Source of the DNA: Spizellomyces punctatus DAOM BR117
Lineage: Eukaryota
NCBI GenBank assembly: GCA_000182565.2
Contig: KQ257461.1
DNA length: 64,000 nucleotides
Strand: one strand, 5' to 3'
Shown: in pieces, positions 46,807-60,901 of the stretch
How the letters are laid out: the number at the start of each line of letters is the position of its first letter
Position numbering within the stretch: the stretch's first letter is position 1
The notes under the pieces: model-generated
Told to the model about the DNA's origin: nothing
Database searches by the model: none
The model's input: only the letters and a program-made list of their open reading frames with translations
Position numbers and translations under genes: made by a program

Positions 46807-49800
46807 ATGTCGTTCCCCATCGAAACGCCATTTCCCCTCGATATTCCACCCACAGTCCGCCCCGTATCCCATCACACCGACTCAACGGCCCCCCTACCCA
46901 CTCACAGCCGCTCCCCACCCCTCAGTGGCATTGTAGGTCTCTCCAAACTCTACCCGCCATCGTTCATTCTATGGCGATTAATGAATGATGGTCGGATCCT
47001 GGAATTACGAAGGGTGTTTACGGCTTCTCAGAGAGAGGATGGTATATCCCTTGATATCCAAAACGATCTTCCTACTGTGACGCATACCAATACACCTGTT
47101 CAAATCACGTTCCCTACACCAATATGTCCGACGCCGCGAGTGTACCTCTCAAACGACGGATCCGAAGTCCGTTTTCAGGGTGTGAGTGCCTGTGGGACGT
47201 TGTGGACTGCCTCATTTCCTACTCCAGATGTGTTTTATGAGCAAGGGTGGAGGAGGAGGGTTGTGAAAAAGTATGGGATAAAGTTGGTCAGCGGGCAGAG
47301 GGTGAGGGTTGTGCAGTTTCCGGATGAGAGGTGTGTTGTAGTTGGGTGTGAAGGTGGAGCGGTTGTAGTGGTTGAAAGGAAGGAGGATGGCCAGAATGAG
47401 GGTGAGTGGTATGTCTTATCATGCTTCCGAAAGCAGATGCTAATAGAATGTCGTGAATCGATTATAGAAGATACCTACTTGGAACACCAATTGGTTGAAA
47501 CAAACTACATCCAACAACTGAAATCTGCAACCCCGGCCCGTATCAAAAACTTTTTGTCACCCTTCCTGGGCGCATCCCGGGATACAACACCCGCAAGCAC
47601 GGACGGCCGACAGCCTATCGCGTTGAATTCTGTTCGGTTCTATGAATTTGTTTTGTGTCGGGATCGACAGCTTCAGATTTGGAACCTGAAAACCAAAAGC
47701 AAGTGGAAGACGATCGCGCTTCCTTTGGATGCACCGCAGCGCATGGGCAGTGCAAAAGAAGAACCCAAAACGGGACACCTTACCGACCCAACACCCCGGC
47801 ATTATATCCAAGTGTTTGATTTAGAGCAGTATGAGACGGTCATGGGCGCTTTTTCAATGAGGGGGGTGGAATTCAAGGTGGCTGTCTATGTTCCCCCGGC
47901 TGAAGATGGCGACCCATTTTTTGCCATATATCGGGGAAGGATTGACCAGTATGGTGATATGCAAGAGTTTGCATTAGCATGTACGAAACATGTTCCCTCT
48001 TGCGAGGAGGAGCCGGTGCCCCCAGAAGGGTCTACCTCAGAACAGATGTCAATCCGTTCACCGCAACCAGAAACACTTATTGACTTTGTCATCGTGGATA
48101 ACGCCATGACGGCGAATGCATACGCATGGTGGATTTGGGGATTGTGGGAAAAGGACGGGGAGAGTGTGGCACGATTTACGCAACTATGGCAAGTGGACGC
48201 CGATGACCCCAACGCAGTGATTTCACCAAAAGCCTCCGAAGGCAGATGGACTACGGTTTTACAGGGCTGCTCCAAACCCCTTGATCTGACCGCTGGCCTC
48301 TCTGAAATGGATATTTTGGACTTCATTTGTTCTCGCGAGCGATATTCGGAAAATACTGTTCTCAAAGCTTTGGGGCGGTATGAGACGCAGACTGCAGCCA
48401 TGTTCCGGGATGGACGTCGCGCCAAAGGAGACAGACCCGAAGCGCTGAGGCAAGCTGTGCAACAAGTCATAATGCCAGAGGGCGAGAGAGATGGCGAGGT
48501 TGCATCCAGCCTGAAGAAACTGATTCAACTCTGTGAGGACGTGCATAAACTGGGCAACAGCCCGTGTGCCATTGAATACGATCGGTCTGCAGGCTCCATC
48601 ACGATCATAAAGCGCGGTGTCCTCGTCGCCGTTCGTGACTCCGATCCAGCAGAGTTGATACGCGGTATTCAAACAAGAGTGGTGGATCCAGCCGACTTTG
48701 CGATTTTCGGATCCCCGGTCATGGATGAAGAGGCCTCGTCATTTTTTGGAAATCCTGAATTGAGGGAGGGACTCACGGCCTTTCTTGGCGTTGTCGAATG
48801 GGTCCGTACTCACGTACCCCCATCTGCACTCCGGGGTATTGAAAACAGAGTAAAAATGATTGTGGCAGACGGTGGTGGCCAGGACATTAGTGCTTTATCT
48901 TCCCAGCTTCTTCGAGAGTTCCTTCACCCGCTCACAACCAGCGTTGACTTTACGAAATTTGAGCAGCGTTACCGCAATATCCCTCCACGATTCGTGGAAA
49001 TCTTTGTGCAGCTTCTCCTGGGTATGCCTGGTCGAGATTCACTGGACATGATGGGCACTGTACCTGGAACTTCCAGCGTTTTCTCCAATACGATTATTGC
49101 GACTGCTTTTGAGCGTATTGCGATGGATCGGTATCGAATGATCAAGGATACACTGATGGTACTGTTGGTGGCTCTGTTCGTCTGCAAAGAGGTAGTAGAA
49201 GGAGATGTCTTGTCCGTTTGCTTCTCCGGCTACTATGCTTGGCGGGCAGCGTACTGGATGGGTGTGACCCGGGTTCAAGCCGCCAACCCTCCCTTAGGGC
49301 CTTCCTTGCCTCAACCGGAGCGGATTGTCACCCATCTCCTGTCACAGGCCTACCGGCCTCCCCTGGATTTCGAAGCAACAGATTACACAGCATTGATTCC
49401 GAAAGCTGTTGGGTGGTTCTCGTGGTCCACAGGGTTTTCTGGACCCGATTTTGGAGAGATTGCTCGCGTGACAAACAGAATCATAGGATTGGGTACCCCC
49501 GAGTCGGTTCGGGAGATTGTGTTTGGTCTACCGCTTTCTGCTGCTGTGGCGTATTTACGAGGACGAGTATATGTAGAAGAGCAGGATTGGGACTCAGCCA
49601 AACGGAGTTTCGAGGACGCTGTCATGAGCTTTGGCGAAAATGTCCCTCTGGCTGGAAATGATTTGACTGTGATTGTCCCTGATGAAGTGATTGATGGTGG
49701 TCGAACGGCGTATTACCGCCATCTTACCGATTTGTTCATGGACCAGGGTGCCAAAGTGCTTGTCATCAAGTATGGAAAGGAGGTTCTTCAGCGGTTGACT

Positions 49801-51613
49801 GGAGAGGTGCGTTTTCCTTCCTTGTTGAGATCCACAAGAAGAAGCGTATTCATTGATGGTTGCAGACTGCGGAAGTGAACAAACTATCAGAGGCATACAT
49901 AAAATCCCTCCGCAAGGCCATATTTATGTATAGCCTCGACCTGAAATCTTGGCAGGACGCCCACAAAGCTGTCCTGACCATGCCCGATCGTGCCACGTAT
50001 GTATATAGCCCTTTCCGGTCTCCCTATGATCAACGACTAACCTTTGGTTTCCCAGCCGTCTCGTCTGGCTCAAAAGTTTAGTCTCGGCTCTCGCAGAGAA
50101 CAACTGCATTGATGAGTTATGCAATGGGTTGACATTCAATGGCCTGATTGAGGAAGTAGAGTACGAGCTGATAGCAAAAACGAGGGTCACGTCCATAGAA
50201 AGGGGTGTGAAAGAGACCGGACCGAATTGGCATCGCATTTTGTATACTTTCTACATTTCTAGAGGGGATTACAGAAATGGTGAGTTTGTGAATTGGATGG
50301 GTGTAAGTGCGCTGTAGCTGATCTCCGTATTTCCCGGTTTGGGGGATTAGCGGCTTCAACCATGTACATTTACGCACACCGCCTCAACCGCCTAAGCGAG
50401 GGACTGCACGGAACAGGTGTTTCTATGCACAAGGTCCTTGTAGAGCAGGCCCGAAGTTATTTGGCTGCAGTAACTGCCCTCAGCATGGTCCCCGAAGATT
50501 TTTGCTGGCTTGTTGCACCGGAACGTGACGGAGAGTTGGGTGCGGAGAGGGTATGTACTATGAGTGTTCTGATTTCCTGGGGGGTCATTTTTATCCTGTC
50601 CGATTTTTGAAAAACATTTTTGGCTTACAGGTACGAAAGCGTCGACGTGTTGAGAGTGACCAAAGACGTCGCCACCTCATGTCCATTGTTCAACTTCCCG
50701 ACCTCCGCAAGGAATCCGCCTTAGCACACGCCAAACTCCACCTCCATTCCCCGGACCTTGACCAAGTCAGCGTCGGACTACCATATCCCGAAGATGCCCT
50801 TGTGTTGTATGTTGAGCGAGAAATGTATGAGGAGGCATTGACCCTTGGACGGCTGTTTGAGTTGGATTTGACTAGGGTGTTTGAGAGTTTGGTTGAGGGA
50901 TGTGTTTGGATGGACCGAGGGGCTACCGGGTGAGTTTACATCGTCTTGCTTGGGGGTGTGCGCACGCTAATGAACAATATGTAAGGGGTTTACCTGCATC
51001 AGACACGACGGCTTCTTCCGACCATGCGTGGGATGCACTCAAAAAGTACTTAGAGCGACATGACAGCGAGGAAACAGGGTTCAAGTACCGCAAAGCGGTG
51101 ATTGATCGGGCGTTGTTTTGTGATCGAGAGGTCAAGTTACCTTTATGGTTGACTAGAGTTTACAAGGTATGCGCTCCGTCTCTTTGCCGTCGAAAAATGG
51201 ATACTCATGACCTTTTATCTTGAGCAGACGCATTTCCCGGATGATTTAATCAGAATTTACCTGAAGCACGATTTAGTGGACCAAGCCGCCAAGTTTACCA
51301 TTCAGTATATCCAAGAGGTATTTTTGCGCAACCAATGCATTCTGGCTATCGTATCTCACTTTTTGAACAGCAACAACATCCGCGCCCAACTCATCAATCC
51401 TTCACCCGCTGGCTTCCGTACACCCTCATCGACCGTATCATCACCGACCTCCAACAACGCAATGACAAGAGGGACCAAGATGTTTTGGCTGCGCTCACAG
51501 AATATTTTCGATTTGTGGGGGCCGAGAGTGAGGAAGTGTTGAGGGGGTATGCAGGAAAGATTGGAATAAATCAGGGGGAGAGTGAGGTGTTGAGTAAGAG
51601 TATGTTTTTGTAA
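46807..51613 (+). CDS. NUP160: Nucleoporin Nup160/Nup120 family, multi-exon
   Basis: Large protein with a beta-rich N-terminus (FVLCRDRQLQIWNL) and helical C-terminus: YYRHL, WHRILYTFYISRGDYRN-AASTMY, YLAAVTALSMV, LPLWL and WLPYTLID. Exon boundaries are approximate. Confidence 0.8.
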
Positions 51614-51772
51614 AAATAATGTGGATGGAGATGTCCATTTGATATTTCTTATGTGTAATTCTTTGGAGTGCAGTGCATCTGCCTTGCACACATTTCTTTT
51701 CAATTCAAAAAGATCTGCTTGCAATTGGAGCATCTTCTAAAGAGAGTAGATATGAGTATTGTTCAGAGTATT

Positions 51773-52207
51773 TGTGAAAGGGATGTCTAGCAGAGGGACT
51801 TCGCATGTAGATGATTGTATTGCACATGACAGGATAACCTAGTACGGTCAGGTGACCTAGTAGATCAGGCCATGCTGGACTACAAGCTGTAAAAAGGTTT
51901 TTCAGACTAGTTGTAGGTCTTAGGATAGATATAAATACAGGAGCCCCAGGGCCCCCGGAACAAGGACAAGCTGAACTGTAGATGACAATACAGTATGGAT
52001 TAACTCAGATATATAAGATGGACAGTTAGTTCTTAGTATGGTGTAAAGCTGTATACTAATCCCTACACAGGATCCCACTACTAGCACCTGTCTTACTGAG
52101 GTACAGACAGACTAGGCCATAGGTACTGCCATATCACCTAAGTCACTGGATAGAGTTACCCTCTACTACAGCACTCCAGCTCTTGCCCAGTAGTTAGGAT
52201 AGTTACA
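51773..52207 (+). mobile_element. Putative solo LTR of a third family (435 bp)
   Basis: TGTGA...TTACA termini, internal TATAAAT, CpG-depleted, flanks GTATT/GTATG (4/5 match). Confidence 0.5.
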
Positions 52208-52980
52208 GTATGGTAGATTCCATGGCCTGAACCTATGAGAGGACAGTGTACTTGTGTCAACATCTTGTCATGCATTGAGCCATGCACCACCACCCTTTCA
52301 CATATTCTATGTATAATTACTGCATACAGAAGTTTGGGACACAGCTACATTACTGTAGTACTAAAAGCCAAAGAAATATCACTCAAGCATCTAAGACTGT
52401 ACAGACTTTAATTCCATCATAGAGACAAAGTTACCAAACCTTAGATATACTATATTCAGGGTAGTCAGTTATGTAATATTTAGTATAATTATCTTACTGG
52501 TTAAGAAAATTGCACATTAGACCAATTAGAAAGCAATATTAAAACTTATATTATTAATTATTAAATACTAAAAAAGGTTAATTAATACAGCTTTTAAGTA
52601 CAAACATACTGCAGGTAAATAGTGAAACTCAGTACTATAATTATAGTTCAATTTAAGTATTGCCCCAGGTGTAAAGCTTTGTAACTATATAATATAGATA
52701 CAACTATATATTACTTAGTAGCTATAGAATAGTACAGTTGTAAATATCAAACTCATGACCAGTAGATACACCCATAAATGCCCTAAGCTAGCTCTCAGAA
52801 TCCTGTCTTCTTGCCAAGAGGAAGTGAACCACACATATCTTGTGATTAGTTACTTCAAGGCTAAATTCCACTGCACAGATGTAAATAAGTAGTTCAAAAA
52901 ATACTATGACAAGCTTGTAGTCATGATCTAACACTTCCCAGAACTATCTTGGTCTTGTCACTAAGTGAAGAAAATGCCAT

Positions 52981-54758
52981 TGTGACAGAATTCTTCTGTC
53001 AGTGCTATGGTTATACTGGTTAGATGTGGTTCCAAACTAGTGGTCACATGACTTTGCTGATGGTGTAAGCATTCATTTGACCAGAATTAGATAAATAAGC
53101 AGATTTAGCCATTTCTGGCTAAATTAGATGAGTATCCTCCACACCAGCCACTGCTCAGTACCAACCCAGAGTAGATAAATCCCTGGTAAAAGTCCTCCAA
53201 AGCAAGTTGAAGCCCTACAAAGGCAACAGGAATGTCCAAGAGATTAGGACATACCTCCTCAGACTTGAAGAGTACTTCCAGGCAGCTGCAGATCTATCAC
53301 CAGAAGGCCAACTGTTAGTAGCCACCACCTACTTGGAACTCCATGCTGAAGTCTGGTGGCAAGCCATGTCAAGACCCACCCAGTAGGATCCCCTCTCAGA
53401 ATCCAGTCTTGGGATCAGTTCAAGAGAGCCCTTCAAGAGAACTTCCTCCCAGCAAATGCCACCAGAGCAGCAAGAGACCAGTTGGCCAGGCTCAAACAAC
53501 AAGGCTCAGTAAAGGAGTAGCTGAACCAGTTCAATACTTTATGCCTTCAGGTGGATAACTTGTCAGAAGCTGAAAAGTTTGACAAGTTTATCAGAGGGCT
53601 TAAACCCAGGGTTCAGGAACAACTGGAGCTTCATCCCACCAGTACCATCAACTTAGCCACAGCTGCAGCAACAGCTGATAGGATTGACCAGATCCAGTTC
53701 AGCTACCAGAGAAGAAGCCAGGCCACCAAGACTGAGAACTCTGGAGTAGTCCCTATGGATATAGATAGTATATCCACCAACTCTGGGAAGCCTCTCTCCA
53801 AACTCACTGAGGCTGAGAAGACTGAGCTCAGAAAGAAGGGAGCCTGTTTCAGGTGCAGAAAACCAGGCCATATTGCCCCCCTCTGTCCCTTGAAGACCAA
53901 GCAGCAGGGAAATGGCAAGCAGACTCAGTAGAAGATAGAGGTTCTGCCTCTACTGGGGAAGATATCAAGAACCACCACCCTGACACCCACCACCTGGTAC
54001 ACTCTCCTGTTATTCAACCCTTGGACCTATTGGACCCACCTGAAACCACCCCTGAGACTTTAACTATCCATGGACTTTACCTGGAACCCCAGNNNNNNNN
54101 NNNNNNNNNNNNNNNNNNNNNNNNNNNNNNNNNNNNNNNNNNNNNNNNNNNNNNNNNNNNNNNNNNNNNNNNNNNNNNNNNNNNNNNNNNNNGCAGACTG
54201 TTGCTCCACCACAGCTGAGAACATGCACGGGTGCTAGCAGTGGTGAGCTTAATCTTACATTGTGGGAGTGTGACAGAATTCTTCTGTCAGTGCTAGGGTT
54301 ATACTGGTTAGATGTGGTTCCAAACTAGTGGTCACATGACTTTGCTGATGGTGTCAACATTCATTTGACCAGAATTAGATAAATAAGCAGATTTAGCCAT
54401 TTCTGGCTAAATTAGATGAGTATCCTGACACACTGGCATCTGCCCCTTTCAATCAAGTGGCACAGTGTATTTAGGATGACTTGTCTCACTTGTGATTGGC
54501 TATAAATGGTGCAATAGGCTGACAAATAGTTTAGGATGACATGTATGAGTTCTGATTGGTTGCAAATGGTGCAATAGGCTGACAAATAGTTTAGGATGAT
54601 GTGGGTGAGATCTGATTGGGTAGTTAGGATATAGCATTTGTCAGCCCCTTTGTCTATAAAAAGAGGACCTCTCTGAGGCCCCTCAAAGAAGAATAACAAG
54701 TAGTAACCAAGTCTTCCCTAGTTTTCTGTTGTCTTCTTGTCCCTGCTAGCCTGTTACA
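52981..54758 (+). mobile_element. Deleted and gapped family B sequence: partial LTR (52981-53138), gag and start of pol (53139-54092), N gap, 490-bp LTR (54269-54758)
   Basis: Homology to LTR-B and to gag 23514-24524. No matching TSD, so the two sides of the gap may be different insertions. Confidence 0.8.
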
Positions 54759-55129
54759 GGGGCTGATCCACTTCTGCACCAGCTTCTCTGGCTCTCCTTT
54801 GCCAGTAGGCATCTGAATACCACTGTGATTCAGGAGCACCTTGTTGCTGTTGACATACAAGCATAAATGACCATATATAATTTGCAATTATGTGACATGC
54901 TGGAATGTCATTAGATAGTTCACATCTGATTTGCCTAAGTTACAAGATGGGAAAATGGACTTGAGTGATCAGAATGATCACAGACACATGAGGGAATGAA
55001 TTAAAGGGGTAAATTATAATGTAAGTGGTCAGACACAATAACTGAAGTGCAGCCTGTATGCTTCTACACTTGGGAGATATAGAGGTATGCTGCCTGCTTT
55101 GCTGTAACTGTGCTGCTGCCCATGAGATA

Positions 55130-55560
55130 CTGGCTCACCCACAGTATGCCAATGTGCTGATGGCACAGGGAGAGATTGCAAAAGTCCAACTGCATGTGCA
55201 TGTAACTTCATCTGCTAACAATTTCCACAAGCTAAAAACATCTGACTTGATCCTAGGCCAGTAAAACTGAGATAGTAGACCACTTTATGTGGAGCTCCAG
55301 AATGTCCACCATGGGGCAACTCATCATGCAATTGAGCCAGAATAAGACCATGTAAAGCATTTGGTATATACAGTAATATAGAGTACTATAAGATGTGCAC
55401 AACTCCCTTGGTATCATAGGCCTTTTGGAACTAATTCCTATATTAAGAACCAGTCTTAAAGACACTCAATACCAGAGTCCCTTCTCCTCCAGCAACATCA
55501 TCATCTTAAACCTGCAGAAATGGTAGTTGTTGCAGCTGATATTGTCCATCATAATTTTTA
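55130..55560 (-). mobile_element. Degenerate LTR-retrotransposon debris: Ty3-like integrase Zn domain and a copia-like Gag N-terminal fragment
   Basis: LYIPNALHGLILAQLHDELPHGGHSG..., YWPRIKSDV..CGNC..GLLQSLPVP and NNYHFCRFKMMMLLEEKGLW. CpG-depleted. Confidence 0.6.
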
Positions 55561-56239
55561 GCATAAAGATCCATGTTGGACATCTAGTGCCTGATTTGTA
55601 GATGTTTTGTTGGTGGGGTAAGGGGAAGACCAAATGGTAGAAAGTCTGGTAGAATGGTCAGTTGATAATAGCCACCTGGAAAGATATTTGAAGCCAGATA
55701 AACTGGTCAGAGGTATGAGGCCTTAGAACCTATTGTGCAGAAGGCAACCCATCACAATTAATGTAAGGGTAGGATATATAGGAATGGATTCTGTTACTCT
55801 CTGGAATTCTGGGATAAGATCTTAATACTGCTCAACTTTATATGATAGCCTGCTTTGTAACACTGAATCAACTGGCCATGACAGAGTATGATTGGTCTGT
55901 GGGCTGCTGAATGGAGAGTTTGGTTAGTTCTTTCATTGTGTGTCAAGTGGTGTCATCGTATGTTAGTTTGCGACATCCCCGGTGGTGGTAGAACACCTAT
56001 CAAACCCGGTTCATGCTTGGGTGACTATCCGGTGAAATCATCGCTGGAGGTAATGTAGAGTCCGATCATTCACGTGATGTCTGAACGAGATGCTCACCTA
56101 ATCACCCAGGCTGGTGGTGAGTCATTTTTGTTCAAGCTGGGACGTGGGGGTTTCCGACCAGTTCATCAGCGAGTGATCTCTGGCATTGGTCAAAGGAGTT
56201 TCTACTAGATACGCATATAGACAAGAAACTCTCACAAAT

Positions 56240-59200
56240 ATGCCACCCGCGAAACAGGGACGGGAGCTCCCTTCCAAGGAGAGTGCCATGTTCAAGTCAA
56301 TTCTGGTACAATCTCCTGCGGACATGTTCAGTTGCCATCTCGCTGATCAGTGACTTCTTGCAGAAATTCTACGAGCATAAACAATATAAGAAGGGGTTGA
56401 AGCAGGCGGAGCAGATTCTGAGAAAGTTTCCGGAACATGGTGGTACGTGGTGACCTCCTAAACGTGTCGAATGTCTGGAATGAATGAATGATTCACAGCT
56501 TCTGGTGTGCACAGAAACTCTAGCTATGAAGGGGCTCTTTCTAAGCCATTTGGATCGGAAAGAGGAAGGATATGAATTTGTCAAGAAAGGCTTGAGGAAC
56601 GACCTCACGAGTCATACATGTACGAGGTGGAGGCTACATATTCCACCGCACAAATCCTCATATTCCTAAGCCAGGTTGGCATGTATATGGTTTAATGCAT
56701 CGAGCGGATAAGAATTATGAAGAAGCTATCAAATGCTACGTCAATGCTTTGAAGTTCGACAAGGTTCCTCAATTAATTGCTGACATGTTTGAAGGGGCGC
56801 CCATAACTCACTGGCTCTTGTTATCTAGGAAAATATGCAGATCATCAGAGATCTGTCGTTACTTCAGATCCAAATGCGAAATTATGAGGGCTTCAATGTG
56901 CGTCAGTTATGTGATGAGGCGGTAATCTCATCGGCATACTGACGATTTTCCAAAGGAGACTAGACATCAACTCCTTTCTCTGCGGCCGACAAACCGCATG
57001 TATTGGGTTGGACTGGCTATCTCATATCACATGCTTCAAAAATATGATACAGCGTTGAATGTCTTATCCGCGTTCGAGGAGAGTCTGAAGGTGGGCACAG
57101 AAGACAAGTTGGCTTCTTTTCAGGAGATCATCTCATGGAATTCCTGTCGTGAAGGAACAACCGGATGTTGCTGATTTCGAGAATAGTGAAATGCTCATGT
57201 ACAAGAATATGATAATTGAGGAAAGCGGGGACAACTTGAAGGCTCTAGAGCACTTGGAGGACATACGGACCAGGGTGGTGGACAAACGGTCATGGAGAGA
57301 GTCTAAAGGTATCGCCTGAGCAAACTACTAACAGTGTAGAGAACGGTCAATGCTAAAAGGAACACATAGCCCGGGTGCTGCTAAAAGCTAACAAACTCAC
57401 GGAGGCCGAAGTCGAATACCGTCAACTCTTGGATCAAAATCCGGACTGCCATGCGTATTTGGAAGGCCTCTTGCGAGCACGTTCGCTAATTGGAGGTATG
57501 GGCCATCGTCGTCGCGATTGCTAAGCGGAACGGAGCGGAGTTGGTAATTTTATCATAAAGGCTCTGCAGACTTGGACGTGACCCAGATGGAGAAGCTTTT
57601 CCGGTTGTTGAATGAACTGGGCAATAAATATCCTCGATCGCATGTCATCAAGCGTGCGCCACTGAAATACGCAAAGGGTACGTGAACTAGAATTCGACGA
57701 TCGATACATGCGAAGCCGACCTTACGATGTCTCTCGTCAGCCGACAAATTTCGGGAATTGGCCGATGAGTATCTCAGACCGATGTTCCGGAAAGGTGTAC
57801 CATCTCTGTTCGTTAGCATAAAGGATCTGTACAAGGATGACGGAAAAGGGCAGATTGTGGAGGACCTGGTTTTGGGATATCGAAAAAGCTTGAAGGAGGC
57901 GCAACGATTTGGCGAAGACGACGCACTCACGGAACGGGAGCCACCTACTGCATATCTATGGGTGCTGTACTTCCTGGCCCAACATTATGACCATAAACGG
58001 AATACGACCACGGCTCTTCAATTGATTAACGAAGCTCTAGTACATACACCGACTCTTGTTGAGCTCCTGATGACGAAGGCACGGATATACAAGGTAAGTC
58101 TCGGCATTGTAGCATATCCTTGGTTTTTTATCAGAAACTGAGAGCTGCATCCAGCACGCGGGCGACGAAGAGACAGCTGTAACAATAATGAACGAAGCCC
58201 GGGAAATGGACCTTCAGGATCGTTACATCAATTCTAAATGCACTAAATATATGTTGCGAAACGATAGATTGGGGGAAGCCGAACAAACGATTGCTCTATT
58301 TACAAGGGTGAGCATCAACTTGCTGATATATACCGACTACTATTACATTGAGTTTACGACTATGTTACGTAGAGTGAATCACTGGACCCTCTAGCAGACC
58401 TAGTTGACATGCAATGTATGTGGTTCGCCACAGAATGCGCGAAAAGCTATGTGCGGCAGGAGCAATATGGACGAGCCCTCAAGAAGTTACATCAGATTGA
58501 ACAGGTGAGGAACATTTGAGGATTAATGAAGCGTCCGGAGGCTTAGATAGTAACAAACCAGTAGCATTTCGTTGACATCTACGACGATCAATTCGATTTC
58601 CATTCATATTGTCTACGTAAAATGACATTACGCTCGTATGTAGAACTACTCCGAGTCGAAGACAAGTTAAGATCACACCCTTTCTACTTTGAGGCGGCAA
58701 CCCTCGCTGTGCAAGTGTACTTGGAATTGCATGACAAGCCAAAGGAACACAGTGGGCGTGAGGATGCATCCAATGGTTCGTTATAAATGTTGCAGTCGCG
58801 TGGCCGCTATAATCTTACGCATACACGTTCGTGCTACCAGCCAATGTGTCTGATTCTGAACGTAAGAAAGCTGAGCGGAAAGCACGGAAGTTGGCCCTCA
58901 AAACTCAAAATGATAAAGCGGCGGATGCTGGCAGTAATAAGGACAAGGCTGATGTGAACGGAGAAAAGTATCTTGCTGCTGACGATTACCTTGAAGAGGC
59001 TATGAGGTTTTTGAGACCCTTGTTGGACCTGGGATCCGAGAGAATAGAGAGTCAGGTTCTTGGGTGTGAAGTGTTCCTCAGAAAAAGTAGGTCTCTGATT
59101 CCGATTGGACTGGAAGCAATGCCTCAAATTATTTCCCTTGTTTCCAGAGAAGTACCTTCTGGCTCTGCGTGCGCTCAAGAAGGGCACCGCGATTGCTCCA

Positions 59201-59672
59201 AACCACCCGGACTTGCATCGCAACGCGGTGCGATTTTATCTCGCCGTAAAAAGCGAGCCCATAGACAGCATTCATCCTCATGTGCGGACAGTGCTGGAGG
59301 AGGAGATGGGACAACTTTTCAACGGAGTGAAAGACGCCAAAGAATTTAATGCAAAGTATCTCAAGAATTGCAAGGGGAATGTGGAAAGCCTTTTGGCTGC
59401 CGCAGAAATGGATCGGTTGTGCGGGGGTGACGGGGTGGAAATTTTGGAAGAGATAGTAACGGGAGAAACCAGAGATCTGACGCTTGAGGTAGGCTAAGAG
59501 TCCGTGTGTCAACAAGATGCTAAAGCTGACTGATGTCCACTGGATGCAGACTGCAGTAAAGGTCCACATGTCTTTAGTGACCACATTTTCGGACTTGAAA
59601 AAGGCGGATGATTTTGAACTAAAATGTCGGGAACGGTTCCCGCTTGCTGGATATTTTGAGCCAACAGATTGA
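56240..59672 (+). CDS. NAT1: N-terminal acetyltransferase A auxiliary subunit (NAA15/Nat1), many exons
   Basis: [70 protein letters not shown] and [12 protein letters not shown]. Confidence 0.95.
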
Positions 59673-60901
59673 TTGCAATTGTGCTTGTTGTAGCTATTAT
59701 CGTAGAGGGGGGCACTTTGGTATTTTATTGGCAAGGGTCTGAATGTTAGCTCAGTAGTTTGCCAGGATGGTGAATTGGAGACTGACTAGTCTATCCAGTT
59801 AACGCCAATCATTCTTTGGTAGCCTTTACGTGGTTAGACCTCTCTAGTGTTCTCATGGAACGCCTCTGATCCTCGTGGCATTTCGACATGTAGTTAGTTA
59901 TTTCTAGTTGGCGTGGTGCCTGTCGAAATGGAAACTAGAAGGAACACATATAAAGCATTTTCTCAAATACCCTGAATGGGCTCGTGTCAATTATGCCGCA
60001 TTTTTGTGTTAGAATGCGGTAAATCACTCATAAGATTCATAAGAGCCCGTCAAAGCTAATCCAGTCGGAATGGGCAACAATAATCTTCCCGGTCGTCTTG
60101 CCCTGGTCGTCTGGCTGGAATATGTCAGCTGTCCAGCATCCTGCCATCCTGCCATGCTCCCTCTGTCTGTGTGTGTGTTGTGTGTGTGTACAGTAGCTGT
60201 CAAGTGAAAGCAAGCCAGAAAACGGCGGCTACTTTTTTCCCGAGCCATATGTGGAGGGGTGCCAATCATTACGGGAGTTCACGCGTTTTGGAGACCGCGT
60301 AAACGGGAGTGCTGAGGTTAGGCACAAGTTATCGATGATCTGATGCGGGGGGAGAGCAGCCTTGGTGTTTATTTACAAGACTGAATTTGAATATGGATTC
60401 TGCGCCTATCAGCCTTCCATCTGCTATGGTCCGATTATCCGACCATTCGGCAACACGAAATAATCAGATTCATCCGGGGTACGCAGAGTATTTAAAAAGA
60501 ACCGCAAGAGCCAGATAGCCCGCCACAGTCCCAATTCCGTCTTTTGTACAAGTACTGTTAACGCACTTGCTGTCAACGCACTTTTAGAATTCCAAGTTGA
60601 CATACGATACCTTTTTTCATTGTAAGTCGCCGCTTGGTAAAGCGATGAGCCCACGTCCATTTTTGTCCAAATCTCCTGCAGATCTATATGAATGAGTCAT
60701 TTGGCCGAATCGCGTGGTTGTTTATATCAGTGCGCAGCTCATCGGCTTTCCCTTCCTAGTGGTTTCTTTCCGACACCCGTTTTCCTAGTTTGTTCACCTC
60801 TAGCATAACACAGTAGGTATGCTGCCGGCTCGACACTTGGTTGATCGTAGCTTTACTAACGCTATCATAGGATATAGTACCTCCCGGCTGCGTCAGCAAC
60901 A

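Noticed and set aside
52981-54758. Single intact family B insertion
   Set aside because: The flanks GCCAT and GGGGC do not form a TSD, the 5' LTR is deleted, and a gap separates the parts.
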